DNA of 60,187 nt, from the NCBI GenBank assembly GCA_964229335.1, contig CAXRCZ010000008.1:1-60187 (forward strand), read 5' to 3'. Position numbers and translations under genes: made by a program. The notes beneath the pieces were generated by a model. It was not told the origin of the DNA, did not search any database, and worked only from the letters and a program-made list of their open reading frames with translations. The DNA is from Minisyncoccia bacterium (GTDB taxonomy: Bacteria; Patescibacteriota; Minisyncoccia; Phycocordibacterales; UBA918). Of the stretch, positions 18,784-29,408 are shown piece by piece (position 1 is the stretch's first letter; each line of letters begins with the position of its first letter).

Positions 18784-20123
18784 GACCAACGATTACCACT
18801 CGTATCAATCGGCAAGTTTGCCGGTGCATCTTTTCGTACTGATTCAACTCGACCAACATTTGGTGCCAATATTGCCTTCCCAGGAATATACCATAGACTG
18901 GCCAATTCCTCGGCTGAGAAAGCCTTTGGCGCATCTCTTCCGTCACTCACACTAAATGGTAAGTATACTCGACTTTTGTAAAAATCTAACTCACGACGTT
19001 TATAGAATGGTTTACGCTTACCGCTAAAGTCAGAGATGAAATTATAGTCAAAGTCAGTACGCCACAACACACCAACGTCGTTGCGACCAATAATATCGTA
19101 ATTGGAAAATGCTCTAATAAGTGAAGTGATGGTGTCACCTTTAAATTCCTTTGGCGGAGCGGCATAAATTACCCTGATAGCAGTGTCATAAGTGTATTTA
19201 CTAGTATTTCTTTCAATCGCATTAATCATGTCCTTTGAGCTTTCTGAGAGCTGATTAAACGGGACATTTTGATCAGATGGTATGTCGTTTTGTTTTTTAT
19301 GAGCTGCGTATATATCTTTTACAACACTGCCAACTCTGTTTTGCCATAATGTTTTAGGTTTTAGACTTCCTGTCGTAATGTCCTGCTTTGAGTGTGGAGT
19401 AGCTAGTATTTGTATCCAAATTCTTTCGCTTGGTTTAGCACTACTAAGGTACTCCAGTAATGGTGCTAGTGGTTCGATTTTTTCTTCTTCTTTTGGCATC
19501 TTATCAAGGCCAAAATCAATATAGGTTTTTATTGGATAAATCTCGTCTTCTTTCTTTCCAAAGTGAAACGACATCATTTCCCATTTTTCTGGATCCCAGG
19601 TCACCTCAGCAGTATAGTCAAGCGGTTCTTCGACGATTTCAATTCCTGGGTATTGAGCGTACAACTGAGCTTCAATCATATTCTTAGTCTTCTTTCGTGG
19701 TACGTTCACATAAAACCGCACATCTCCACCAATCGATACCAGCTCAAAACTATGTACCAGCGGGTGCTTACCATCGAGATACGCCTGCATCAAGTTTAGC
19801 GCCTTACCATGAAACCAAATTTGAGAAATAACTGTTTCCATGGCTGCGGGAGACTTAAACACTTCAGGAGGCAAAATAATACGTAAGGTCACACGGCCAT
19901 TTTCATCACTAAATTTCAGTCGTACCGATTCTACCCACCTATCAAAAAGTATGTAAAAAAGAGTCAGCGGAATCCAAATAGGAGCCAATAACGCCAAGTA
20001 TGTCAAAACCGGTATTGGGTCGACCTCTGCCACCCGAAAAGTAGCGTACATTACTCCCAGCCCAAGTACCAAAAAAACCGGACCTGCAAATGTAGCAAAA
20101 ATAGTACTAAATACTTTTTTCAT
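18780..20123 (-). CDS. Conserved CPR-type membrane protein of unknown function
   Basis: Two N-terminal TM helices; KSP.AME, SFEL.S.GG.V.FY, IEAQLYAQYP..EI, YPIKTY, EELASLW motifs. Confidence 0.7.
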   Translation of the reverse strand: MKKVFSTIFATFAGPVFLVLGLGVMYATFRVAEVDPIPVLTYLALLAPIWIPLTLFYILFDRWVESVRLKFSDENGRVTLRIILPPEVFKSPAAMETVISQIWFHGKALNLMQAYLDGKHPLVHSFELVSIGGDVRFYVNVPRKKTKNMIEAQLYAQYPGIEIVEEPLDYTAEVTWDPEKWEMMSFHFGKKEDEIYPIKTYIDFGLDKMPKEEEKIEPLAPLLEYLSSAKPSERIWIQILATPHSKQDITTGSLKPKTLWQNRVGSVVKDIYAAHKKQNDIPSDQNVPFNQLSESSKDMINAIERNTSKYTYDTAIRVIYAAPPKEFKGDTITSLIRAFSNYDIIGRNDVGVLWRTDFDYNFISDFSGKRKPFYKRRELDFYKSRVYLPFSVSDGRDAPKAFSAEELASLWYIPGKAILAPNVGRVESVRKDAPANLPIDTSGNRWS

Positions 20124-20148
20124 ACTATAGTGCTAGTATTGTAGCATC

Positions 20149-20192
20149 ACAAAACCACTGACGCCGTGAGTTATCGGCGTCAGTGGTTTTGT
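20149..20192 (-). terminator. Intrinsic terminator
   Basis: ACAAAACCACTGACGCCG-8nt-CGGCGTCAGTGGTTTTGT. Confidence 0.85.
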
Positions 20193-20203
20193 TAATTTTA
20201 TAG

Positions 20204-21232
20204 TTATTGTGAAGCTAGGGTGTAGGTACCGTTTGGCAGTTTTTTGAACAAATTAGTATCTTGGAGATTGACTAAGATAGTATTGTTCTTTACATACCGT
20301 TCCTTGCGAACCTTGTCGATAATCTCTTCACGTGACATCGGACCTTCACTCTTAAGGATTTCTCGTAGAACATCCTTTACCACTCCTGGAGTGTAACCCC
20401 ACTCCGTCAGTGCGTAGAGTCCGCGTCCAACTAGTACAAATCGATCGTCTTTAATTAGTTCGTTGTGAGTAGTGGCTACATGAGCTTTATGATCAAAAAG
20501 CTCTTTAATTGCTTCAGCCACTTCACGGAAGTGCATTGGAGAACCGTGACGCTTTACAGCCAAGTACGCATAGTCTCGAATACCCTTTACACGGATATTA
20601 GGACTCTCTGCTGGTCCCCAATCACCGAGTGGGTTACGGCCAATTTTCTTTGAGATACTGAGCCATCGTCGTAGCGCTTCTTCGTCGTGCTGGTCTGATA
20701 GTTCATCAAGTTGTTCTTTGAAGCGAGCAATGATTTCATTTTCTGATACTAGCTCGTCTTGATCTAGACTCTTGTAGACATTATGGAGTGCTTGTTCAAC
20801 TGTTTCAGCAACCTTTCGTTCAGTGAACCATCGGTGAGCAAATTGAGGATTTTCTTTGCTTTTATAAAACGGGTCGCCTACCACAAGTAAGAAGTACAGG
20901 TGATTTTTTACATCTGCGTCTTGTGACAATTCGTCAAGCAGTACATGCTCAGCCACTACACCTCCACCCATTTGGTCAATGAGTTTTTGCATCTCAATAA
21001 AGAGATCGTAGTTTTCTTTATAGGCTTCAGATTTTTGAATTGACTGAATACCGTAGTTTTCAATCTGTCGAACTCGTTCTCGAGTAATTCCGTAGGTTTG
21101 TCCGATAGCTTCTAGTGTGTGAGTCTCTCCGTCTTTACCCAGACCGTAGCGTTTTTCGAGGATGTCTCGCGCTCGCTCTGGCAGGACTTCAAGAAGTGAT
21201 TTAGTTACTTGTTTTGGTTTAAAAGTGATCAT
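20204..21232 (-). CDS. Sigma-70 region-4 HTH protein with C-terminal winged-HTH (HARE-HTH/RNAP delta-like) domains
   Basis: RYGL...TLEAIGQTYGITRERVRQIE; PMHFREVAE, HNELIKDDRFVLVGRGLYALTEW. Confidence 0.8.
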   Translation of the reverse strand: MITFKPKQVTKSLLEVLPERARDILEKRYGLGKDGETHTLEAIGQTYGITRERVRQIENYGIQSIQKSEAYKENYDLFIEMQKLIDQMGGGVVAEHVLLDELSQDADVKNHLYFLLVVGDPFYKSKENPQFAHRWFTERKVAETVEQALHNVYKSLDQDELVSENEIIARFKEQLDELSDQHDEEALRRWLSISKKIGRNPLGDWGPAESPNIRVKGIRDYAYLAVKRHGSPMHFREVAEAIKELFDHKAHVATTHNELIKDDRFVLVGRGLYALTEWGYTPGVVKDVLREILKSEGPMSREEIIDKVRKERYVKNNTILVNLQDTNLFKKLPNGTYTLASQ

Positions 21233-21305
21233 ACTACATCAAATAAGTTGCTGATAGCTTCAATGCGTTCCTTGTTTATAACATGGGTGTATATTTTGGT
21301 CAACC

Positions 21306-23687
21306 CTAGTTCTCACTGATAATGAGATTGAGAATTTTGCCTGGTACATAGATTTCCTTCACGATTTTTTTATCAGCTAGACGGTTTTGCAAATCATTAT
21401 TGGCATGCACTTTATCCATCGCTTCATCTTGGTCAGCTTCTGGAGAGAGGGTAATCTCTCCTCTTACCTTTCCATTTATCTGTACGCCGATAGTTACTTC
21501 TTGATCTTTGGCTAATTCTGCGTTAAATATCGGGTACGGTGCTATATGGATACTTCCTTCTTGTCCATTTTCTACCCACAATTCTTCTGTAAGATGCGGC
21601 GAAAATGGGGCTAGTAAACGAAGAAAAGTATTATATTCCTTTGTAGTAATACTAGTTTTTTCTACTTGATTGACAAAAATCATCATCGCACTAATAGCAG
21701 TGTTGAATTTGAATTCAGTGATATCTTCTGAGACCTTCTTAATGGTTTTGTGTAACAGTGCAGTAGTTTTTAGATTTCCCTCTCCAATATGCTCCGAGAG
21801 ACCATTTACACGCTCTAAAAAGCGATGTAGCCCAGCGATACCGCCCATATCCCATGGATAGTTAGTGCCTTGATACGGCCCCATGAAAGCCAAGTACATT
21901 TTGACTGTATCTGAGCCGACCAGTTTTACTTGCTCATCCGGGTCAATCACATTCCCCTTACTTTTACTCATTTTGTTGCCGTCTGGTCCAAGAATTAGAC
22001 CTCTGTTCACTCGTTTTATATACGGCTCTCTATGCTCAACTAGGTCTAGTTTGTATAGGGCTTTCTGCCAAAAACGAGAATACAACAAGTGCATAGTGGT
22101 GTGTTCAGCACCTCCAAAGTACGTATCAACCTGCATCCATTGCTGCTGCTTTTCTTTATCAGCAAACGCCTCACTATTATTTGGATCTAAGTAGCGTAAG
22201 AAGTACCAGGAAGAATCTACAAAGGTATCCATCGTTTCTACTTCGGGAGTCCAGCCAGAACCAAAGATTTTTTCTGTCCGTTCCAGTAGTTCTTTAGATT
22301 TAGCGAGTGGTGGTTCACCGGTCGGTGTAAAGTCAACGTCGCTTGGTAGCGTCCACGGTAAATGTTCCGCGGGTACCGTATGAGGAGCACCGTCTGGGTC
22401 ATAAACAATTGGAATCGGAGTTCCCCAGTAGCGTTGGCGCCCCACTGACCAGTCGCGCAATCGATAGGTGCTAGTCATGCGCCCGCCAACTTTTTCTACG
22501 ATGGCAGCTTTGGCTTCTTCTGAGTCCAATCCATTGTATTCACCTGAGTTGATTAACTGACCACTGCTCATCCTTGGTAGCGTTTCTTCCCCCTCAATCA
22601 CCTCCAAAATTTGAATATTGTACTTGCTGGCAAATTCAAAATCCCTCACATCATGTGCTGGCACCGCCATAACAGCTCCAGTTCCATAACCAGCAAGCAC
22701 ATAATCGGCAATATATACTGGGATTTCTTCATTGTTAGCCGGATTGATAGCGGTTACTCCTTCTAGCTTTACACCAGTCTTTTCTTTGGTCAGGTCAAGT
22801 CTATCTTGCTCAGCTTTTTGCTTAGCAGCAGTAACGTATTTTTCAACTTCGCTGTAGTTATCAAGCTGATCTTTATTCACCTGAACTAGTTCGTGTTCAG
22901 GCGCTAATACCAGATAGGTAGCTCCATAGAGTGTGTCTGGTCGTGTAGTGAATACGGTGACCGTTTGACCAGTAGATAATGCAAAATCAATTTCGGCTCC
23001 TTTTGACCGGCCAATCCAGTTCTTTTGCGATTCTTTAATTTGTTGTGGCCAATCTAGTGACCCAAGATCCTCAATCAACTCGTCGGCAAAGTCAGTGATT
23101 TTAATCATCCATTGCGGCATGACTTTCTTTTCTACCACTGCACCAGACCGTTCAGAGGTACCGTCAGGCAATACTTGTTCGTTGGCAATGACGGTGTTGT
23201 CTACCGGATCCCAGTTCACTACCCCTTTACCGCGATAGGCGATTCCGGCTTCAAAGAATTTAGTAAACATCCACTGTGTCCAATGATAGTAATCAGGGTC
23301 TATCGAGCTGGTTGAGTGGTCCCACGAAAATGAGCTGCCCATGCTATCAAGCTGGTGGCGCATGTATTCAATATTGCTTTCTGTCCATTCTCTCGGATTG
23401 ATATCACGTTTTATAGCAGCATTTTCAGCTGGCAAGCCAAACGCATCAAATCCCATTGGAAATAACACCTGCTTACCTTGCATCCGGCAGTAACGAGCAT
23501 AAATATCTGGCACTGCAAAGGCGTACCAGTGGCCAATGTGCAAATTACCTGACGGGTATGGCCATTCCACTAAGATGTATTCTTTTTCTCTATCTTTATC
23601 TCTTTCCCCTACTTCATACAAGCCGGTTTTCTTCCATTCTGCTTGCCATTTTTTATCTATATTTTGGTGGTCAAATTTTTTATGCAT
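21306..23687 (-). CDS. leuS: Leucine--tRNA ligase
   Basis: PYPSGNLHIGH, FTTRPDTLYG, GTGAVMAVPAHD, KMSKS. Confidence 0.98.
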   Translation of the reverse strand: MHKKFDHQNIDKKWQAEWKKTGLYEVGERDKDREKEYILVEWPYPSGNLHIGHWYAFAVPDIYARYCRMQGKQVLFPMGFDAFGLPAENAAIKRDINPREWTESNIEYMRHQLDSMGSSFSWDHSTSSIDPDYYHWTQWMFTKFFEAGIAYRGKGVVNWDPVDNTVIANEQVLPDGTSERSGAVVEKKVMPQWMIKITDFADELIEDLGSLDWPQQIKESQKNWIGRSKGAEIDFALSTGQTVTVFTTRPDTLYGATYLVLAPEHELVQVNKDQLDNYSEVEKYVTAAKQKAEQDRLDLTKEKTGVKLEGVTAINPANNEEIPVYIADYVLAGYGTGAVMAVPAHDVRDFEFASKYNIQILEVIEGEETLPRMSSGQLINSGEYNGLDSEEAKAAIVEKVGGRMTSTYRLRDWSVGRQRYWGTPIPIVYDPDGAPHTVPAEHLPWTLPSDVDFTPTGEPPLAKSKELLERTEKIFGSGWTPEVETMDTFVDSSWYFLRYLDPNNSEAFADKEKQQQWMQVDTYFGGAEHTTMHLLYSRFWQKALYKLDLVEHREPYIKRVNRGLILGPDGNKMSKSKGNVIDPDEQVKLVGSDTVKMYLAFMGPYQGTNYPWDMGGIAGLHRFLERVNGLSEHIGEGNLKTTALLHKTIKKVSEDITEFKFNTAISAMMIFVNQVEKTSITTKEYNTFLRLLAPFSPHLTEELWVENGQEGSIHIAPYPIFNAELAKDQEVTIGVQINGKVRGEITLSPEADQDEAMDKVHANNDLQNRLADKKIVKEIYVPGKILNLIISEN

Positions 23688-23707
23688 ATCTGGCGCTACT
23701 GTAGCAT

Positions 23708-24625
23708 CTAAGAATCTGTGGTTGTCTTAAATTCAGGATTTATAATTCTATCGAAGCAAGTGTCTCCCTCTTCATGACTCCAATCCCATGGATTTACTAG
23801 CAACATATCGGGGCTGGCCGGTCTATCAAAATAGTATCGTTCTTCATCTTGATTGCTTGTTGTGGCAAAGGTTGCACACAAGGAGAAGCCTCTATCTGTC
23901 AGTTGATACTGATACGCTTCTCTATTTTCTGGAGCAGTCGGTACAGTAGGTAAATCTTCGAGTGATTCAGGTAACTGATTGCTAGAGAAGTAGTAATTTT
24001 CGATTTGGTTTTGAATTTGTTGCAAGTCTTGTACTTGCCGTTCATCAATTTTACTTTCCCGTACCTCTGCTGGTGAAGCAATCTGACTAAAGCCGAATCC
24101 AATAGACACAACTACTACCAAGCTAGCTAGAGCAGCTACCAACCATGATTGTTTTTCGTTTTTTAGCCAATACCCACGAATATCGAGTATGTAATAGAAA
24201 AATGCTAAGCCAACCACTACTATCACGGACAGTGCCTTTAGTAAAAATCTAGTAGTCAACTCACCTTCAAGAAACGACATGATGACGGTCACTAAGTCTA
24301 TTAATAGCGTGCCCCCAGCAACAAGTAGTGATAGATACACTATCCACTTGGTAAAGCCTAAATACGCTTCATTAGATTCACTACGTCGTAACTTATTTAC
24401 ACTGCGAGTAAGTAGTAAATAAGTCGGGAAAAATACTACCAGCATCGCTATACCTAGCCGAACGCTACTGTCTTGATCAGCAATCATATAGTATGAGTCA
24501 CTTGAATCTGGAATAACAAGTTCAATGAGACCAAATAACACGACCAATAAAAAGGTGACCGAGAGGTACAAGCTAATCAATGATGCTAGTTGGAGCACAA
24601 AATGCTTGGGGGTAGATGTTTTCAT
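23708..24625 (-). CDS. Multi-pass membrane protein (DUF5671-like) with C-terminal extracellular domain
   Basis: About five TM helices, SP...R..KID..QV.DL..I, FSLCATF. Confidence 0.7.
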   Translation of the reverse strand: MKTSTPKHFVLQLASLISLYLSVTFLLVVLFGLIELVIPDSSDSYYMIADQDSSVRLGIAMLVVFFPTYLLLTRSVNKLRRSESNEAYLGFTKWIVYLSLLVAGGTLLIDLVTVIMSFLEGELTTRFLLKALSVIVVVGLAFFYYILDIRGYWLKNEKQSWLVAALASLVVVVSIGFGFSQIASPAEVRESKIDERQVQDLQQIQNQIENYYFSSNQLPESLEDLPTVPTAPENREAYQYQLTDRGFSLCATFATTSNQDEERYYFDRPASPDMLLVNPWDWSHEEGDTCFDRIINPEFKTTTDS

Positions 24626-24782
24626 ATAAAATAGTATTCCTCAGTCTTCTCTAGATGTAAAGCCAGTAATCAGGTATTACAACCTAAATTACACTATTTA
24701 TAAGACATATTGTCAAAATTATGGCTTTATGGTAAGAATTAGATTAGTAAACCGTCACTACTAGTAGTTAAGGAGATTCGCC

Positions 24783-25001
24783 ATGGATATGAATAATGCA
24801 AAAGCAATGTTGCGTTATCGAAAATTCTGGAGGAAATCTGTGTACATGATCATTGCTGGCATCGTTTTGATGGCAGCTTTGTCCAGCGCAATCTCAGGTG
24901 AACAGTTTCTTCGGATGCTGGCACTCTGGGGCTCGCTTGGTGCAGTCTTCCTAATGTTCGCGGGCATTCATTTGCTCAAAGACATTAAGCCTGCGAAATA
25001 A
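24783..25001 (+). CDS. Small orphan membrane protein (two TM helices)
   Basis: AAGGAG SD 7 nt upstream of ATG; TTGTCA..TAAGAAT promoter-like; hairpin after stop. Confidence 0.7.
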   Translation: MDMNNAKAMLRYRKFWRKSVYMIIAGIVLMAALSSAISGEQFLRMLALWGSLGAVFLMFAGIHLLKDIKPAK

Positions 25002-25009
25002 TTTCGCAC

Positions 25010-25042
25010 AAAGCCGCGCTGGGTCTACCTTGGCGCGGCTTT
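25010..25042. terminator. Bidirectional terminator between convergent genes
   Basis: AAAGCCGCGC...GCGCGGCTTT. Confidence 0.75.
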
Positions 25043-26142
25043 TAACTATGCATGAATTCAATCACGTCGCCGTCTTGGACGATATATTCCTTACCCTCAG
25101 TACGCAATTTACCCTGTTCACGCGCCTGACTACGTGAGCCGCTCTCTACCATATCTTTGTATGCTACTACCTGCGCCCGAATATACTTGTCTTTAAAATC
25201 AGTATGAATAGCCGCACCAGCTTCAGGACCAGTTGAACCAATCGGTACTGTCCAAGCTCTGGTTTCTTTTTCTCCTGTGGTAAAAAAGCTCATTAATCCC
25301 AAGCGTTCGTAACAAGCTCGAATCAACGCCTCTACCCCAGTATCTTGTGCACCGTACTCACGACGAAATTCATTTTTCTCATCAGTCGATAAATCTTTTA
25401 ATTCATGCTCCATACCGGCGTCAACAATGACGTATTCAGCACCAGTGCTAGTAAAGAAGTCTTGTAGTTCTTGCCAACGCTCGTCGTTTTGCTCATCGAG
25501 GTTAAAGGCATCCTGCTTTCGATTACAGACATATAAAAACGGCTTCATAGTCAAGAGATGCAGACCACGCAATAGCTTGGCTTCCTCTTTGCTCATATCT
25601 AGCTGATTAGCCAGATTTCCTCCTTCTAGATGTGGCAACAGTCGTTGAAGTAAGGCTTTTAAAGCAGCCGCCTCCTTATTACCAGCTCTAACATCTTTCT
25701 CGATGGTACCAATTCGCTTACTGACGGTTTCAGCATCAGCCATAATCAGCTCTAGGTTAATTGTTTCGATATCTCCCATTGGGTCTACTGACCCCGAAAC
25801 ATGATGAACATCACTATCTTCAAAAATCCGTACCACTTCAGCAATCATGTCGGTCTCGCGAATATTGGCAAGGAATTTGTTTCCAAGACCCTCTCCAGCT
25901 GAAGCACCTTTTACCAAACCAGCAATATCAACAAACTCCACTACGGCTGGAATGGTTTCTTTAGAATTTGATAGCTTACTCAGAGTAGTCAGACGATTGT
26001 CAGGCACAGCTACAATCCCCACCGCTGGATCAATAGTACAAAAGGGATAGTTCTCAGCGGGGACTGAGTTTTTAGTTAAGGCATTAAAGAGAGTTGACTT
26101 TCCGACGTTGGGCAGACCAACAATACCGACAGATAGTGACAT
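25042..26142 (-). CDS. ychF: Ribosome-binding ATPase YchF
   Basis: [50 protein letters not shown]-terminus. Confidence 0.98.
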   Translation of the reverse strand: MSLSVGIVGLPNVGKSTLFNALTKNSVPAENYPFCTIDPAVGIVAVPDNRLTTLSKLSNSKETIPAVVEFVDIAGLVKGASAGEGLGNKFLANIRETDMIAEVVRIFEDSDVHHVSGSVDPMGDIETINLELIMADAETVSKRIGTIEKDVRAGNKEAAALKALLQRLLPHLEGGNLANQLDMSKEEAKLLRGLHLLTMKPFLYVCNRKQDAFNLDEQNDERWQELQDFFTSTGAEYVIVDAGMEHELKDLSTDEKNEFRREYGAQDTGVEALIRACYERLGLMSFFTTGEKETRAWTVPIGSTGPEAGAAIHTDFKDKYIRAQVVAYKDMVESGSRSQAREQGKLRTEGKEYIVQDGDVIEFMHS

Positions 26143-26180
26143 ATGAGTGAGAGATTAGCAGACTCAATCAAATACGCAAA

Positions 26181-26774
26181 CTAATTTCCTTTCTTACCAA
26201 GCTCAGCTACCTCATCCATCCATTTAGTACGGCATTTATCAGTAACTTTTTCACACGGTCCGTAAATACTGACTTTTGATTTTATTCCTGCAAAATCAAG
26301 GATTCCGTATTGAATTTCATTAGTGTAATCACCGTATTTCCACCAAGCAGCCAGAGGACCATATGTACCAGAGAGAACAAATACACGCGCTGTCTTGCCA
26401 CGAAGATGTTTTTCTACTTTTTTAGTTTGTTTATTAAAATTAAAGGCAAATCCAGGAAGCCAAAACCGATCAAATAAGCCTTTTAGCAACGCTGGCATGG
26501 TGCTCCACCAATTGGGATATCCAATTACTAAATGATCGCATTTTTTGATGGCTTCTTGGAGTGATAAAAGATCTGGTTCAAGCGGTTGTATTTCTTTGTA
26601 CCCTTTGTGAAGAATCGGATCGAACTTCAATTCGCCAAGATTATAGCGAGTGACTCGATGGCCAGCTTCTCTAGCGCTATTTTCATACGTAGTTAGCACA
26701 CTTCCAGTAAAACTATCGCTGTCTGGATTGCCACAAATAATAACGATATCTTTGGATTTCATACTCCCCATCAT
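26181..26774 (-). CDS. Flavodoxin-like fold NAD(P)H-dependent oxidoreductase
   Basis: GNPDSDSF, LEPDL, YPNWWSTMPALLKGLFDR. Confidence 0.88.
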   Translation of the reverse strand: MMGSMKSKDIVIICGNPDSDSFTGSVLTTYENSAREAGHRVTRYNLGELKFDPILHKGYKEIQPLEPDLLSLQEAIKKCDHLVIGYPNWWSTMPALLKGLFDRFWLPGFAFNFNKQTKKVEKHLRGKTARVFVLSGTYGPLAAWWKYGDYTNEIQYGILDFAGIKSKVSIYGPCEKVTDKCRTKWMDEVAELGKKGN

Positions 26775-26829
26775 ACCGTCTTTTAACTGCAGTCATAGGT
26801 AACTGCTGTTAATTACCCTACCCTACTAT

Positions 26830-27144
26830 TTAGCGCCGGATACTGCCGTTCGGGTTGAATTGACCTTGAGCTCCCATTTGCATCTGTACCAATTTCTGCT
26901 TCATTTCTGGACTCATCACAGCCATGATTTCTTTCTGATACTTTGGCAGCACCTTCGAGGCGGCAGCCATTTGGTTGTTTCCGTTGGCTTTTAGCTCAGC
27001 TTGCATTTCTTTGGCAATTTTCTCAAATAATTTTGGATCCTTTTCCAACATTTCTAAGATCATCTTTTTTTGATCATCTGGTGCGTCTTTCATTTGCGTC
27101 TCAATCATTTTTTTGACCGCAAAATTTTTCATTTTTCCTAGCAT
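26830..27144 (-). CDS. Small Met/Gln/Lys-rich helical hypothetical protein
   Basis: 104-aa ORF with promoter-like TACCAT upstream; no recognised motif. Confidence 0.7.
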   Translation of the reverse strand: MLGKMKNFAVKKMIETQMKDAPDDQKKMILEMLEKDPKLFEKIAKEMQAELKANGNNQMAAASKVLPKYQKEIMAVMSPEMKQKLVQMQMGAQGQFNPNGSIRR

Positions 27145-27268
27145 ATGACTGGTATGGTATCACACTTTTTTCTACCTATATAAAAATGAATGGCCAGTTT
27201 TATCTAGATAATTGACAATCATTTTTTATGTGACATTATTCAGATTGGATTGTACACAGGAGACTGTT

Positions 27269-27757
27269 ATGAACGAAGAGTTTCAGATTGAAGAAACCGG
27301 GGTCGACCTTAAGTCCAACGATACGGTCGGGAGAATGATTGAGTTTGGCTGCTATTTTGTTGGAGTTTCTCTATTTGCATACTGGTGCTTCTCCGTCGAA
27401 ATTGCCCCAACCATCTATGAATTTATAATTGATGAGCTTAACCAAGCTCATTCACAAGATATAAGCTTAAGAGTGGCAATTTATGCCTTATTTGGCAGCT
27501 TGTTGATTGTGATATTGTTTTGGCTTGGCATACATTTCTTCAAGCCATTGAAAACATATAAAGAGAAGGGGATGTTGAATTCCAGTTTCAGCTGGGCAAG
27601 CTGGTTCCTCATCTCGGCAACCGTTGGGGGCATTATGTTCTACATTTTCGGTTCCACCCTGTCCAATATGATTTTCTATCTGCTGTACTTGCTACTCTTT
27701 TGTCTAGTCATGGCAATTAGCTTCGGAATTTACCAGGAGTTCAAGCCTTTCAGATAG
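27269..27757 (+). CDS. Orphan four-TM membrane protein
   Basis: CAGGAG SD before ATG 27269; TTGACA at 27212; hairpin-T4 after stop. Confidence 0.7.
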   Translation: MNEEFQIEETGVDLKSNDTVGRMIEFGCYFVGVSLFAYWCFSVEIAPTIYEFIIDELNQAHSQDISLRVAIYALFGSLLIVILFWLGIHFFKPLKTYKEKGMLNSSFSWASWFLISATVGGIMFYIFGSTLSNMIFYLLYLLLFCLVMAISFGIYQEFKPFR

Positions 27758-27782
27758 CAAGACATTCGACGACGATGGTCAG

Positions 27783-27810
27783 GCCGGCTCGCCAACGCGA
27801 GCCGGCTTTT
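27783..27810 (+). terminator. Intrinsic terminator
   Basis: GCCGGCTCGC-CAAC-GCGAGCCGGC-TTTT. Confidence 0.85.
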
Positions 27811-27877
27811 AATATAGGTAGACTATGGACATTTTTAACAAAACATGGTATTGTTTTAGCCTCATTCTGAGAATAAT

Positions 27878-29407
27878 ATGAAACTATCAAATATAAAATC
27901 TTTCGCAAAAAAACCAATTGTACTGTTTTTTAGCGGCTTACTTATTGCCGTATTAGTCGGTTGGAGCATCTTTGGCGGTAGCGGCGATGGTGACACTGTA
28001 GACAACAATACTGCCAAAAGTGTTCAGGTGGCTACACCAGCCACACTTGGTAACGAAGGCACGTTTTCGCTAATTGGTAACGTGCGTGCAGCCTCAGAGG
28101 CAACTATTACTGCCGAAAGTGCCAAGCGCGTCACGTCAGTTAATACAAGTCTTGGAAATAGAGTTAGTGCGGGAGAAATTTTGATTACCCTAGAAAACTC
28201 TAGTGAACGTGCTGCTGTTTTACAGGCAGAAGGGGTCTATGAAGCCGCGGTAGCTAGCGCAGAACAAAGTGGTCTTAGTGTTAGTGAAGCAGAAAACAAT
28301 CTCTCAGCCGCTCGACGGTCCGCCATCAACAGCTTACGTGGTTCATATAACTCAGTATTCACAATAGTAGTAAATGATATTGATGATTTTTTCTCAACCC
28401 CAACCCTTTACCCCGGATTAAAATTGACTGGGTATGGACAAACCGATTTACTAAACAGTACAAGAATCGAGTACCAGACCCTCCTTCCCCAATGGAAAAA
28501 TCGCACTGATACACTAACCACCAATAGCAACTTGCAGGCTGAAACTGAGTACGCTATAGCTCGACTCAACAAGACAGTAAACTTCTTAGAATTATTTATT
28601 CCACTCTTTAGCCGACAAGATAATTCACGATATACCGATACGGAACTGCAGAACTTTACTGCCAACTTTAGTAATCAGCGAGCTAGTTTATTGACGCTTA
28701 TAAATACTTTAGAAAGTAACCTTACCGCCGTAGAGAACGCTGAGGAGGCACTGCAAAAAGCTCGTATTGCCGCTAGCGGAGGAAGAACATCTGCTGCCGA
28801 TGCCCAGATTAAGCAAGCGCTTGGTAGTTTGCGGTCTGCTCAAGCAAATCTAGGAAAGACAATATTACGAGCACCGATTTCAGGTACGGTAAATCAGCTT
28901 GATGTGCGAGTGGGTGATTTTGCCACTGCTTTTGCTACTCTAGCGCTGATTGCTAATAACAATGCGCTCGAAATTATTACATATGTTGGTGAGAATGAAC
29001 GTAACCAAATCGAAATTGGTGATACGGTTTTAATTGACAATCAATATGAGGGAGTAATCACTCAGATTGCTCCGGCAGTAGATGCTATCACCCGAAAAAC
29101 AGAAGTGCGCATCGCTACTGAAAGCACCGAAATAACTGCAGGTGACACAGTCAGAATCAATAAAGAATTTGTAACTGAAGAAGCAGAAGACGGTCCAATT
29201 ATTATTCCGATTACGGCTGTAAAGTTTGAAGCAGAAAATGGCTATATATTCCAGATTGAAAATAATGTTCTAGTAAAGAAAGAAGTGGTATTAGGTTCTG
29301 TTTTTGGCAGTCAAATTGAGATCACTGAAGGTATGCAATCAGATACTGAATTTGTAGTTGACGCTCGCGGCCTAGTGACCGGTCAAACAGTAGAAATAGC
29401 TAATTAA
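27878..29407 (+). CDS. RND efflux membrane-fusion (adaptor) protein with long coiled coil
   Basis: N-terminal TM, lipoyl half-motifs (GNRVSAGEILITL; LRAPISGTV), IIIPITAV. Confidence 0.9.
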   Translation: MKLSNIKSFAKKPIVLFFSGLLIAVLVGWSIFGGSGDGDTVDNNTAKSVQVATPATLGNEGTFSLIGNVRAASEATITAESAKRVTSVNTSLGNRVSAGEILITLENSSERAAVLQAEGVYEAAVASAEQSGLSVSEAENNLSAARRSAINSLRGSYNSVFTIVVNDIDDFFSTPTLYPGLKLTGYGQTDLLNSTRIEYQTLLPQWKNRTDTLTTNSNLQAETEYAIARLNKTVNFLELFIPLFSRQDNSRYTDTELQNFTANFSNQRASLLTLINTLESNLTAVENAEEALQKARIAASGGRTSAADAQIKQALGSLRSAQANLGKTILRAPISGTVNQLDVRVGDFATAFATLALIANNNALEIITYVGENERNQIEIGDTVLIDNQYEGVITQIAPAVDAITRKTEVRIATESTEITAGDTVRINKEFVTEEAEDGPIIIPITAVKFEAENGYIFQIENNVLVKKEVVLGSVFGSQIEITEGMQSDTEFVVDARGLVTGQTVEIAN

Positions 29408-29408
29408 T

